A DNA stretch of 64,000 nucleotides from the human T2T-CHM13v2.0 reference genome, Homo sapiens: assembly GCF_009914755.1 (NCBI RefSeq), contig NC_060931.1; one strand, 5' to 3'. Positions 23,777 through 37,399 of the stretch are shown here, piece by piece (the stretch's first letter is position 1; every line of letters begins with the position of its first letter). The notes beneath the pieces are model-generated. The model did not search any database and was not told where the DNA came from. It saw only the letters and a list, made by a program, of their open reading frames with translations. Both the position numbers and the translations under genes were made by a program.

Positions 23777-26700
23777 CATTCTCAGAAACTACTTTGTGAT
23801 GTGTGCCTTCAACTCACAGAGTTTAACCTTTCTTTTCTTAGAGCAGTTTAGAAACACTCTGCTTGTTATGTCTGCAAGTGGATATTTGGACCTCTTTGAG
23901 GCCTTCGTTGCAAACGGGGTTTCTTCCTTTCATGCTAGACTAAGAAGAGTTCTCAGTAACTTTTTTGTGTTGTGTGTATTCAACTCACAGAGTTGAACCT
24001 TGCTTTAGAGAGAGCAGATTTGAAACACTCTTGCTGTGGCATTTTCAGGTGGAGATTTCAAGCGATTTGAGGACAATTGCAGAAAAGGAAATATCTTCGT
24101 ATAATAACCAGACAGAATCATTCTCAGAAAGTGCTTTGTGATGTGTGCGTTCAACTCACAGAGTTTAACCTTTCTTTTCATAGAGGAGTTTGGAAACACA
24201 CTGTTTGTAAAGTCTGCAAGTGGATACATGGACCTGTTTGAGGCCTTCGTTGGAAACGGGATTTCTTCATTGAATGCTAGACGGAAGAATTCTCAGTAAA
24301 TTCTTTGTGTTGTGTGCATTCAACTCACAGAGTGGAACGTCCCTTTAGACAGAGCAGATTTGAAACACTCTTTTTGCGGAATTTGCAAGTGGAGATTTCT
24401 AGCCATTTGATGCCAACAGTAGAAAGGGAAATATCTTCAAATAAAAACCAGACAGAATCATTCTCAGAAAATTCTTTGTGATGTGTGCGTTCAACTCACA
24501 TAGTTTAACCTTTCTTTTCATAGAGCAGTTTGGAAACACTCTGTTTGTAAAGTCTGCAAGTGGATATATGGACCGCATTGAGGCCTTCGTTGGAAACGGG
24601 ATTTCTTCATTTCATGCTAGACAGAAGAATTCTCAGTAACTTCTTTGTGCTGTGTGTATTCAACTCACAGAGTGGAACGTCCCTTTGCACAGAGCAGATT
24701 TGAAACACTCTTTTTGTGGAGTTTGCAAGTGGAGATTTCAAGCGATTTGATGCCAACAGTAGAAAAGGAAATATCTTCAAATAAAAACTAGACAGAATCA
24801 TTCTCAGAAACTACTTTGTGATGTGTGCCTTCAACTCACAGAGTTTAACCTTTCTTTTCTTAGAGCAGTTTAGAAACACTCTGCTTGTTATGTCTGCAAG
24901 TGGATACTTGGACCTCTTTGAGGCCTTCGTTGCAAACGGGGTTTCTTCCTTTCATGCTAGACTAAGAAGAGTTCTCAGTAACTTTTTTGTGTTGTGTGTA
25001 TTCAACTCACAGAGTTGAACCTTGCTTTAGAGAGAGCAGATTTGAAACACTCTTGCTGTGGCATTTTCAGGTGGAGATTTCAAGCGATTTGAGGACAATT
25101 GCAGAAAAGGAAATATCTTCGTATAATAACCAGACAGAATCATTCTCAGAAAGTGCTTTGTGATGTGTGCGTTCAACTCACAGAGTTTAACCTTTCTTTT
25201 CATAGAGGAGTTTGGAAACACACTGTTTGTAAAGTCTACAAGTGGATATATGGACCTGTTTGAGGCCTTCGTTGGAAACGGGATTTCTTCATTGAATGCT
25301 AGACGGAAGAATTCTCAGTAAATTCTTTGTGTTGTGTGCATTCAACTCACAGAGTGGAACGTCCCTTTAGACACAGCAGATTTGAAACACTCTTTTTGCG
25401 GAATTTGCAAGTGGAGATTTCTAGCCATTTGATGCCAACAGTAGAAAGGGAAATATCTTCAAATAAAAACCAGACAGAATCATTCTCAGCAAATTCTTTG
25501 TGATGTGTGCGTTCAACTCACATAGTTTAACCTTTCTTTTCATAGAGCAGTTTGGAAACACTCTGTTTGTAAAGTCTGCAAGTGGATATATGGACCGCAT
25601 TGAGGCCTTCGTTGGAAACGGGATTTCTTCATTTCATGCTAGACAGAAGAATTCTCAGTAACTTCTTTGTGCTGTGTGTATTCAACTCACAGAGTGGAAC
25701 GTCCCTTTGCACAGAGCAGATTTGAAACACTCTTTTTGTGGAGTTTGCAAGTGGAGATTTCAAGCGATTTGATGCCAACAGTAGAAAAGGAAATATCTTC
25801 AAATAAAAACTAGACAGAATCATTCTCAGAAACTACTTTGTGATGTGTGCCTTCAACTCACAGAGTTTAACCTTTCTTTTCTTAGAGCAGTTTAGAAACA
25901 CTCTGCTTGTTATGTCTGCAAGTGGATATTTGGACCTCTTTGAGGCCTTCGTTGCAAACGGGGTTTCTTCCTTTCATGCTAGACTAAGAAGAGTTCTCAG
26001 TAACTTTTTTGTGTTGTGTGTATTCAACTCACAGAGTTGAACCTTGCTTTAGAGAGAGCAGATTTGAAACACTCTTGCTGTGGCATTTTCAGGTGGAGAT
26101 TTCAAGCGATTTGAGGACAATTGCAGAAAAGGAAATATCTTCGTATAATAACCAGACAGAATCATTCTCAGAAAGTGCTTTGTGATGGGTGCGTTCAACT
26201 CACAGAGTTTAACCTTTCTTTTCATAGAGGAGTTTGGAAACACACTGTTTGTAAAGTCTGCAAGTGGATACATGGACCTGTTTGAGGCCTTCGTTGGAAA
26301 CGGGATTTCTTCATTGAATGCTAGACGGAAGAATTCTCAGTAAATTCTTTGTGTTGTGTGCATTCAACTCACAGAGTGGAACGTCCCTTTAGACAGAGCA
26401 GATTTGAAACACTCTTTTTGCGGAATTTGCAAGAGGAGATTTCTAGCCATTTGATGCCAACAGTAGAAAGGGAAATATCTTCAAATAAAAACCAGACAGA
26501 ATCATTCTCAGAAAATTCTTTGTGATGTGTGCGTTCAACTCACATAGTTTAACCTTTCTTTTCATAGAGCAGTTTGGAAACACTCTGTTTGTAAAGTCTG
26601 CAAGTGGATATATGGACCGCATTGAGGCCTTCGTTGGAAACGGGATTTCTTCATTTCATGCTAGACAGAAGAATTCTCAGTAACTTCTTTGTGCTGTGTG

Positions 26701-29700
26701 TATTCAACTCACAGAGTGGAACGTCCCTTTGCACAGAGCAGATTTGAAACACTCTTTTTGTGGAGTTTGCAAGTGGAGATTTCAAGCGATTTGATGCCAA
26801 CAGTAGAAAAGGAAATATCTTCAAATAAAAACTAGACAGAATCATTCTCAGAAACTACTTTGTGATGTGTGCCTTCAACTCACAGAGTTTAACCTTTCTT
26901 TTCTTAGAGCAGTTTAGAAACACTCTGCTTGTTATGTCTGCAAGTGGATATTTGGACCTCTTTGAGGCCTTCGTTGCAAACGGGGTTTCTTCCTTTAATG
27001 CTAGACTAAGAAGAGTTCTCAGTAACTTTTTTGTGTTGTGTGTATTCAACTCACAGAGTTGAACCTTGCTATAGAGAGAGCAGATTTGAAACACTCTTGC
27101 TGTGGCATTTTCAGGTGGAGATTTCAAGCGATTTGAGCACAATTGCAGAAAAGGAAATATCTTCGTATAATAACCAGACAGAATCATTCTCAGAAAGTGC
27201 TTTGTGATGTGTGCGTTCAACTCACAGAGTTTAACCTTTCTTTTCATAGAGGAGTTTGGAAACACACTGTTTGTAAAGTCTGCAAGTGGATACATGGACC
27301 TGTTTGAGGCCTTCGTTGGAAACGGGATTTCTTCATTGAATGCTAGACGGAAGAATTCTCAGTAAATTCTTTGTGTTGTGTGCATTCAACTCACAGAGTG
27401 GAACGTCCCTTTAGACAGAGCAGATTTGAAACACTCTTTTTGCGGAATTTGCAAGTGGAGATTTCTAGCCATTTGATGCCAACAGTAGAAAGGGAAATAT
27501 CTTCAAATAAAAACCAGACAGAATCATTCTCAGAAAATTCTTTGTGATGTGTGCGTTCAACTCACATAGTTTAACCTTTCTTTTCATAGAGCAGTTTGGA
27601 AACACTCTGTTTGTAAAGTCTGCAAGTGGATATATGGACCGCATTGAGGCCTTCGTTGGAAACGGGATTTCTTCATTTCATGCTAGACAGAAGAATTCTC
27701 AGTAACTTCTTTGTGCTGTGTGTATTCAACTCACAGAGTGGAACGTCCCTTTACACAGAGCAGATTTGAAACACTCTTTTTGTGGAGTTTGCAAGTGGAG
27801 ATTTCAAGCGATTTGATGCCAACAGTAGAAAAGGAAATATCTTCAAATAAAAACTAGACAGAATCATTCTCAGAAACTACTTTGTGATGTGTGCCTTCAA
27901 CTCACAGAGTTTAACCTTTCTTTTCTTAGAGCAGTTTAGAAACACTCTGCTTGTTATGACTGCAAGTGGATATTTGGACCTCTTTGAGGCCTTCGTTGCA
28001 AACGGGGTTTCTTCCTTTCATGCTAGACTAAGAAGAGTTCTCAGTAACTTTTTTGTGTTGTGTGTATTCAACTCACAGAGTTGAACCTTGCTTTAGAGAG
28101 AGCAGATTTGAAACACTCTTGCTGTGGCATTTTCAGGTGGAGATTTCAAGCGATTTGAGGACAATTGCAGAAAAGGAAATATCTTCGTATAATAACCAGA
28201 CAGAATCATTCTCAGAAAGTGCTTTGTGATGTGTGCGTTCAACTCACAGAGTTTAACCTTTCTTTTCATAGAGGAGTTTGGAAACACACTGTTTGTAAGG
28301 ACTGCAAGTGGATATATGGACCTGTTTGAGGCCTTCGTTGGAAACGGGATTTCTTCATTGAATGCTAGACGGAAGAATTCTCAGTAAATTCTTTGTGTTG
28401 TGTGCATTCAACTCACAGAGTGGAACGTCCCTTTAGACACAGCAGATTTGAAACACTCTTTTTGCGGAATTTGCAAGTGGAGATTTCTAGCCATTTGATG
28501 CCAACAGTAGAAAGGGAAATATCTTCAAATAAAAACCAGACAGAATCATTCTCAGCAAATTCTTTGTGATGTGTGCGTTCAACTCACATAGTTTAACCTT
28601 TCTTTTCATAGAGCAGTTTGGAAACACTCTGTTTGTAAAGTCTGCAAGTGGATATATGGACCGCATTGAGGCCTTCGTTGGAAACGGGATTTCTTCATTT
28701 CATGCTAGACAGAAGAATTCTCAGTAACTTCTTTGTGCTGTGTGTATTCAACTCACAGAGTGGAACGTCCCTTTGCACAGAGCAGATTTGAAACACTCTT
28801 TTTGTGGAGTTTGCAAGTGGAGATTTCAAGCGATTTGATGCCAACAGTAGAAAAGGAAATATCTTCAAATAAAAACTAGACAGAATCATTCTCAGAAACT
28901 ACTTTGTGATGTGTGCCTTCAACTCACAGAGTTCAACCTTTCTTTTCTTAGAGCAGTTTAGAAACACTCTGCTTGTTATGTCTGCAAGTGGATATTTGGA
29001 CCTCTTTGAGGGCTTCGTTGCAAACGGGGTTTCTTCCTTTCATGCTAGACTAAGAAGAGTTCTCAGTAACTTTTTTGTGTTGTGTGTATTCAACTCACAG
29101 AGTTGAACCTTGCTTTAGAGAGAGCAGATTTGAAACACTCTTGCTGTGGCATTTTCAGGTGGAGATTTCAAGCGATTTGAGGACAATTGCAGAAAAGGAA
29201 ATATCTTCGTATAATAACCAGACAGAATCATTCTCAGAAAGTGCTTTGTGATGTGTGCGTTCAACTCACAGAGTTTAACCTTTCTTTTCATAGAGGAGTT
29301 TGGAAACACACTGTTTGTAAAGTCTGCAAGTGGATACATGGACCTGTTTGAGGCCTTCGTTGGAAACGGGATTTCTTCATTGAATGCTAGACGGAAGAAT
29401 TCTCAGTAAATTCTTTGTGTTGTGTGCATTCAACTCACAGAGTGGAACGTCCCTTTAGACAGAGCAGATTTGAAACACTCTTTTTGCGGAATTTGCAAGT
29501 AGAGATTTCTAGCCATTTGATGCCAACAGTAGAAAGGGAAATATCTTCAAATAAAAACCAGACAGAATCATTCTCAGCAAATTCTTTGTGATGTGTGCGT
29601 TCAACTCACATAGTTTAACCTTTCTTTTCATAGAGCAGTTTGGAAACACTCTGTTTGTAAAGTCTGCAAGTGGATATATGGACCGCATTGAGGCCTTCGT

Positions 29701-30930
29701 TGGAAACGGGATTTCTTCATTTCATGCTAGACAGAAGAATTCTCAGTAACTTCTTTGTGCTGTGTGTATTCAACTCACAGAGTGGAACGTCCCTTTGCAC
29801 AGAGCAGATTTGAAACACTCTTTTTGTGGAGTTTGCAAGTGGAGATTTCAAGCGATTTGATGCCAACAGTAGAAAAGGAAATATCTTCAAATAAAAACTA
29901 GACAGAATCATTCTCAGAAACTACTTTGTGATGTGTGTCTTCAACTCACAGAGTTTAACCTTTCTTTTCTTAGAGCAGTTTAGAAACACTCTGCTTGTTA
30001 TGACTGCAAGTGGATATTTGGACCTCTTTGAGGCCTTCGTTGCAAACGGGGTTTCTTCCTTTCATGCTAGACTAAGAAGAGTTCTCAGTAACTTTTTTGT
30101 GTTGTGTGTATTCAACTCACAGAGTTGAACCTTGCTTTAGAGAGAGCAGATTTGAAACACTCTTGCTGTGGCATTTTCAGGTGGAGATTTCAAGCGATTT
30201 GAGGACAATTGCAGAAAAGGAAATATCTTCGTATAATAACCAGACAGAATCATTCTCAGAAAGTGCTTTGTGATGTGTGCGTTCAACTCACAGAGTTTAA
30301 CCTTTCTTTTCATAGAGGAGTTTGGAAACACACTGTTTGTAAGGACTGCAAGTGGATATATGGACCTGTTTGAGGCCTTCGTTGGAAACGGGATTTCTTC
30401 ATTGAATGCTAGACGGAAGAATTCTCAGTAAATTCTTTGTGTTGTGTGCATTCAACTCACAGAGTGGAACGTCCCTTTAGACACAGCAGATTTGAAACAC
30501 TCTTTTTGCGGAATTTGCAAGTGGAGATTTCTAGCCATTTGATGCCAACAGTAGAAAGGGAAATATCTTCAAATAAAAACCAGACAGAATCATTCTCAGC
30601 AAATTCTTTGTGATGTGTGCGTTCAACTCACATAGTTTAACCTTTCTTTTCATAGAGCAGTTTGGAAACACTCTGTTTGTAAAGTCTGCAAGTGGATATA
30701 TGGACCGCATTGAGGCCTTCGTTGGAAACGGGATTTCTTCATTTCATGCTAGACAGAAGAATTCTCAGTAACTTCTTTGTGCTGTGTGTATTCAACTCAC
30801 AGAGTGGAACGTCCCTTTGCACAGAGCAGATTTGAAACACTCTTTTTGTGGAGTTTGCAAGTGGAGATTTCAAGCGATTTGATGCCAACAGTAGAAAAGG
30901 AAATATCTTCAAATAAAAACTAGACAGAAT

Positions 30931-32292
30931 CATTCTCAGAAACTACTTTGTGATGTGTGCCTTCAACTCACAGAGTTCAACCTTTCTTTTCTTAGAGCAG
31001 TTTAGAAACACTCTGCTTGTTATGTCTGCAAGTGGATATTTGGACCTCTTTGAGGCCTTCGTTGCAAACGGGGTTTCTTCCTTTCATGCTAGACTAAGAA
31101 GAGTTCTCAGTAACTTTTTTGTGTTGTGTGTATTCAACTCACAGAGTTGAACCTTGCTTTAGAGAGAGCAGATTTGAAACACTCTTGCTGTGGCATTTTC
31201 AGGTGGAGATTTCAAGCGATTTGAGGACAATTGCAGAAAAGGAAATATCTTCGTATAATAACCAGACAGAATCATTCTCAGAAAGTGCTTTGTGATGTGT
31301 GCGTTCAACTCACAGAGTTTAACCTTTCTTTTCATAGAGGAGTTTGGAAACACACTGTTTGTAAAGTCTGCAAGTGGATACATGGACCTGTTTGAGGCCT
31401 TCGTTGGAAACGGGATTTCTTCATTGAATGCTAGACGGAAGAATTCTCAGTAAATTCTTTGTGTTGTGTGCATTCAACTCACAGAGTGGAACGTCCCTTT
31501 AGACAGAGCAGATTTGAAACACTCTTTTTGCGGAATTTGCAAGTGGAGATTTCTAGCCATTTGATGCCAACAGTAGAAAGGGAAATATCTTCAAATAAAA
31601 ACCAGACAGAATCATTCTCAGAAAATTCTTTGTGATGTGTGCGTTCAACTCACAGAGTTTAACCTTTCTTTTCATAGAGGAGTTTGGAAACACACTGTTT
31701 GTAAAGTCTGCAAGTGGATACATGGACCTGTTTGAGGCCTTCGTTGGAAACGGGATTTCTTCATTGAATGCTAGACGGAAGAATTCTCAGTAAATTCTTT
31801 GTGTTGTGTGCATTCAACTCACAGAGTGGAACGTCCCTTTAGACAGAGCAGATTTGAAACACTCTTTTTGCGGAATTTGCAAGTGGAGATTTCTAGCCAT
31901 TTGATGCCAACAGTAGAAAGGGAAATATCTTCAAATAAAAACCAGACAGAATCATTCTCAGAAAATTCTTTGTGATGTGTGCGTTCAACTCACATAGTTT
32001 AACCTTTCTTTTCATAGAGCAGTTTGGAAACACTCTGTTTGTAAAGTCTGCAAGTGGATATATGGACCGCATTGAGGCCTTCGTTGGAAACGGGATTTCT
32101 TCATTTCATGCTAGACAGAAGAATTCTCAGTAACTTCTTTGTGCTGTGTGTATTCAACTCACAGAGTGGAACGTCCCTTTGCACAGAGCAGATTTGAAAC
32201 ACTCTTTTTGTGGAGTTTGCAAGTGGAGATTTCAAGCGATTTGATGCCAACAGTAGAAAAGGAAATATCTTCAAATAAAAACTAGACAGAAT
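30931..32292 (+). repeat. 8-mer HOR structural variant, copy 3 (lacks the private SNVs)
   Basis: Spacing 30950 to 32312 is 1362 bp. Same junction, but the first Y copy reads gatacatgg, ttcttcatt and gctagac. Confidence 0.96.
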
Positions 32293-35200
32293 CATTCTCA
32301 GAAACTACTTTGTGATGTGTGCCTTCAACTCACAGAGTTTAACCTTTCTTTTCTTAGAGCAGTTTAGAAACACTCTGCTTGTTATGTCTGCAAGTGGATA
32401 TTTGGACCTCTTTGAGGCCTTCGTTGCAAACGGGGTTTCTTCCTTTCATGCTAGACTAAGAAGAGTTCTCAGTAACTTTTTTGTGTTGTGTGTATTCAAC
32501 TCACAGAGTTGAACCTTGCTTTAGAGAGAGCAGATTTGAAACACTCTTGCTGTGGCATTTTCAGGTGGAGATTTCAAGCGATTTGAGGACAATTGCAGAA
32601 AAGGAAATATCTTCGTATAATAACCAGACAGAATCATTCTCAGAAAGTGCTTTGTGATGTGTGCGTTCAACTCACAGAGTTTAACCTTTCTTTTCATAGA
32701 GGAGTTTGGAAACACACTGTTTGTAAAGTCTGCAAGTGGATACATGGACCTGTTTGAGCCCTTCGTTGGAAACGGGATTTCTTCATTGAATGCTAGACGG
32801 AAGAATTCTCAGTAAATTCTTTGTGTTGTGTGCATTCAACTCACAGAGTGGAACGTCCCTTTAGACAGAGCAGATTTGAAACACTCTTTTTGCGGAATTT
32901 GCAAGTGGAGATTTCTAGCCATTTGATGCCAACAGTAGAAAGGGAAATATCTTCAAATAAAAACCAGACAGAATCATTCTCAGAAAATTCTTTGTGATGT
33001 GTGCGTTCAACTCACATAGTTTAACCTTTCTTTTCATAGAGCAGTTTGGAAACACTCTGTTTGTAAAGTCTGCAAGTGGATATATGGACCGCATTGAGGC
33101 CTTCGTTGGAAACGGGATTTCTTCATTTCATGCTAGACAGAAGAATTCTCAGTAACTTCTTTGTGCTGTGTGTATTCAACTCACAGAGTGGAACGTCCCT
33201 TTGCACAGAGCAGATTTGAAACACTCTTTTTGTGGAGTTTGCAAGTGGAGATTTCAAGCGATTTGATGCCAACAGTAGAAAAGGAAATATCTTCAAATAA
33301 AAACTAGACAGAATCATTCTCAGAAACTACTTTGTGATGTGTGCCTTCAACTCACAGAGTTTAACCTTTCTTTTCTTAGAGCAGTTTAGAAACACTCTGC
33401 TTGTTATGTCTGCAAGTGGATACTTGGACCTCTTTGAGGCCTTCGTTGCAAACGGGGTTTCTTCCTTTCATGCTAGACTAAGAAGAGTTCTCAGTAACTT
33501 TTTTGTGTTGTGTGTATTCAACTCACAGAGTTGAACCTTGCTTTAGAGAGAGCAGATTTGAAACACTCTTGCTGTGGCATTTTCAGGTGGAGATTTCAAG
33601 CGATTTGAGGACAATTGCAGAAAAGGAAATATCTTCGTATAATAACCAGACAGAATCATTCTCAGAAAGTGCTTTGTGATGTGTGCGTTCAACTCACAGA
33701 GTTTAACCTTTCTTTTCATAGAGGAGTTTGGAAACACACTGTTTGTAAAGTCTACAAGTGGATATATGGACCTGTTTGAGGCCTTCGTTGGAAACGGGAT
33801 TTCTTCATTGAATGCTAGACGGAAGAATTCTCAGTAAATTCTTTGTGTTGTGTGCATTCAACTCACAGAGTGGAACGTCCCTTTAGACACAGCAGATTTG
33901 AAACACTCTTTTTGCGGAATTTGCAAGTGGAGATTTCTAGCCATTTGATGCCAACAGTAGAAAGGGAAATATCTTCAAATAAAAACCAGACAGAATCATT
34001 CTCAGCAAATTCTTTGTGATGGGTGCGTTCAACTCACATAGTTTAACCTTTCTTTTCATAGAGCAGTTTGGAAACACTCTGTTTGTAAAGTCTGCAAGTG
34101 GATATATGGACCGCATTGAGGCCTTCGTTGGAAACGGGATTTCTTCATTTCATGCTAGACAGAAGAATTCTCAGTAACTTCTTTGTGCTGTGTGTATTCA
34201 ACTCACAGAGTGGAACGTCCCTTTGCACAGAGCAGATTTGAAACACTCTTTTTGTGGAGTTTGCAAGTGGAGATTTCAAGCCATTTGATGCCAACAGTAG
34301 AAAAGGAAATATCTTCAAATAAAAACTAGACAGAATCATTCTCAGAAACTACTTTGTGATGTGTGCCTTCAACTCACAGAGTTTAACCTTTCTTTTCTTA
34401 GAGCAGTTTAGAAACACTCTGCTTGTTATGTCTGCAAGTGGATATTTGGACCTCTTTGAGGCCTTCGTTGCAAACGGGGTTTCTTCCTTTCATGCTAGAC
34501 TAAGAAGAGTTCTCAGTAACTTTTTTGTGTTGTGTGTATTCAACTCACAGAGTTGAACCTTGCTTTAGAGAGAGCAGATTTGAAACACTCTTGCTGTGGC
34601 ATTTTCAGGTGGAGATTTCAAGCGATTTGAGGACAATTGCAGAAAAGGAAATATCTTCGTATAATAACCAGACAGAATCATTCTCAGAAAGTGCTTTGTG
34701 ATGTGTGCGTTCAACTCACAGAGTTTAACCTTTCTTTTCATAGAGGAGTTTGGAAACACACTGTTTGTAAAGTCTGCAAGTGGATACATGGACCTGTTTG
34801 AGGCCTTCGTTGGAAACGGGATTTCTTCATTGAATGCTAGACGGAAGAATTCTCAGTAAATTCTTTGTGTTGTGTGCATTCAACTCACAGAGTGGAACGT
34901 CCCTTTAGACAGAGCAGATTTGAAACACTCTTTTTGCGGAATTTGCAAGAGGAGATTTCTAGCCATTTGATGCCAACAGTAGAAAGGGAAATATCTTCAA
35001 ATAAAAACCAGACAGAATCATTCTCAGAAAATTCTTTGTGATGTGTGCGTTCAACTCACATAGTTTAACCTTTCTTTTCATAGAGCAGTTTGGAAACACT
35101 CTGTTTGTAAAGTCTGCAAGTGGATATATGGACCGCATTGAGGCCTTCGTTGGAAACGGGATTTCTTCATTTCATGCTAGACAGAAGAATTCTCAGTAAC

Positions 35201-36380
35201 TTCTTTGTGCTGTGTGTATTCAACTCACAGAGTGGAACGTCCCTTTGCACAGAGCAGATTTGAAACACTCTTTTTGTGGAGTTTGCAAGTGGAGATTTCA
35301 AGCGATTTGATGCCAACAGTAGAAAAGGAAATATCTTCAAATAAAAACTAGACAGAATCATTCTCAGAAACTACTTTGTGATGTGTGCCTTCAACTCACA
35401 GAGTTTAACCTTTCTTTTCTTAGAGCAGTTTAGAAACACTCTGCTTGTTATGTCTGCAAGTGGATATTTGGACCTCTTTGAGGCCTTCGTTGCAAACGGG
35501 GTTTCTTCCTTTAATGCTAGACTAAGAAGAGTTCTCAGTAACTTTTTTGTGTTGTGTGTATTCAACTCACAGAGTTGAACCTTGCTATAGAGAGAGCAGA
35601 TTTGAAACACTCTTGCTGTGGCATTTTCAGGTGGAGATTTCAAGCGATTTGAGCACAATTGCAGAAAAGGAAATATCTTCGTATAATAACCAGACAGAAT
35701 CATTCTCAGAAAGTGCTTTGTGATGTGTGCGTTCAACTCACAGAGTTTAACCTTTCTTTTCATAGAGGAGTTTGGAAACACACTGTTTGTAAAGTCTGCA
35801 AGTGGATACATGGACCTGTTTGAGGCCTTCGTTGGAAACGGGATTTCTTCATTGAATGCTAGACGGAAGAATTCTCAGTAAATTCTTTGTGTTGTGTGCA
35901 TTCAACTCACAGAGTGGAACGTCCCTTTAGACAGAGCAGATTTGAAACACTCTTTTTGCGGAATTTGCAAGTGGAGATTTCTAGCCATTTGATGCCAACA
36001 GTAGAAAGGGAAATATCTTCAAATAAAAACCAGACAGAATCATTCTCAGAAAATTCTTTGTGATGTGTGCGTTCAACTCACATAGTTTAACCTTTCTTTT
36101 CATAGAGCAGTTTGGAAACACTCTGTTTGTAAAGTCTGCAAGTGGATATATGGACCGCATTGAGGCCTTCGTTGGAAACGGGATTTCTTCATTTCATGCT
36201 AGACAGAAGAATTCTCAGTAACTTCTTTGTGCTGTGTGTATTCAACTCACAGAGTGGAACGTCCCTTTACACAGAGCAGATTTGAAACACTCTTTTTGTG
36301 GAGTTTGCAAGTGGAGATTTCAAGCGATTTGATGCCAACAGTAGAAAAGGAAATATCTTCAAATAAAAACTAGACAGAAT

Positions 36381-37399
36381 CATTCTCAGAAACTACTTTG
36401 TGATGTGTGCCTTCAACTCACAGAGTTTAACCTTTCTTTTCTTAGAGCAGTTTAGAAACACTCTGCTTGTTATGACTGCAAGTGGATATTTGGACCTCTT
36501 TGAGGCCTTCGTTGCAAACGGGGTTTCTTCCTTTCATGCTAGACTAAGAAGAGTTCTCAGTAACTTTTTTGTGTTGTGTGTATTCAACTCACAGAGTTGA
36601 ACCTTGCTTTAGAGAGAGCAGATTTGAAACACTCTTGCTGTGGCATTTTCAGGTGGAGATTTCAAGCGATTTGAGGACAATTGCAGAAAAGGAAATATCT
36701 TCGTATAATAACCAGACAGAATCATTCTCAGAAAGTGCTTTGTGATGTGTGCGTTCAACTCACAGAGTTTAACCTTTCTTTTCATAGAGGAGTTTGGAAA
36801 CACACTGTTTGTAAGGACTGCAAGTGGATATATGGACCTGTTTGAGGCCTTCGTTGGAAACGGGATTTCTTCATTGAATGCTAGACGGAAGAATTCTCAG
36901 TAAATTCTTTGTGTTGTGTGCATTCAACTCACAGAGTGGAACGTCCCTTTAGACACAGCAGATTTGAAACACTCTTTTTGCGGAATTTGCAAGTGGAGAT
37001 TTCTAGCCATTTGATGCCAACAGTAGAAAGGGAAATATCTTCAAATAAAAACCAGACAGAATCATTCTCAGCAAATTCTTTGTGATGTGTGCGTTCAACT
37101 CACATAGTTTAACCTTTCTTTTCATAGAGCAGTTTGGAAACACTCTGTTTGTAAAGTCTGCAAGTGGATATATGGACCGCATTGAGGCCTTCGTTGGAAA
37201 CGGGATTTCTTCATTTCATGCTAGACAGAAGAATTCTCAGTAACTTCTTTGTGCTGTGTGTATTCAACTCACAGAGTGGAACGTCCCTTTGCACAGAGCA
37301 GATTTGAAACACTCTTTTTGTGGAGTTTGCAAGTGATTTCAAGCGATTTGATGCCAACAGTAGAAAAGGAAATATCTTCAAATAAAAACTAGACAGAAT
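36381..37399 (+). repeat. 1019-bp HOR with 3-bp deletion (aagtggagatttc to aagtgatttc near 37335)
   Basis: ORF spacing 36400 to 37419 is 1019 bp; deletion read directly. Confidence 0.95.

Larger units (their letters stand above)
17987..26842 (+). repeat. Tandem duplication of a 4-HOR block, period 4428 bp
   Basis: The 8-mer, gatacttgg (20479/24907), gtctacaag (20810/25238), gatgggtg (21760/26188) and caagagga all recur at +4428. Confidence 0.92.

Noticed and set aside
26855-27295. 146-aa minus-strand ORFs (also at 35371 and 46950) and 99-aa ORFs (51179, 57308, 60374)
   Set aside because: They arise from one or two SNVs removing stop codons in the satellite. The peptide is internally repetitive at dimer spacing, and there is no evidence of function.
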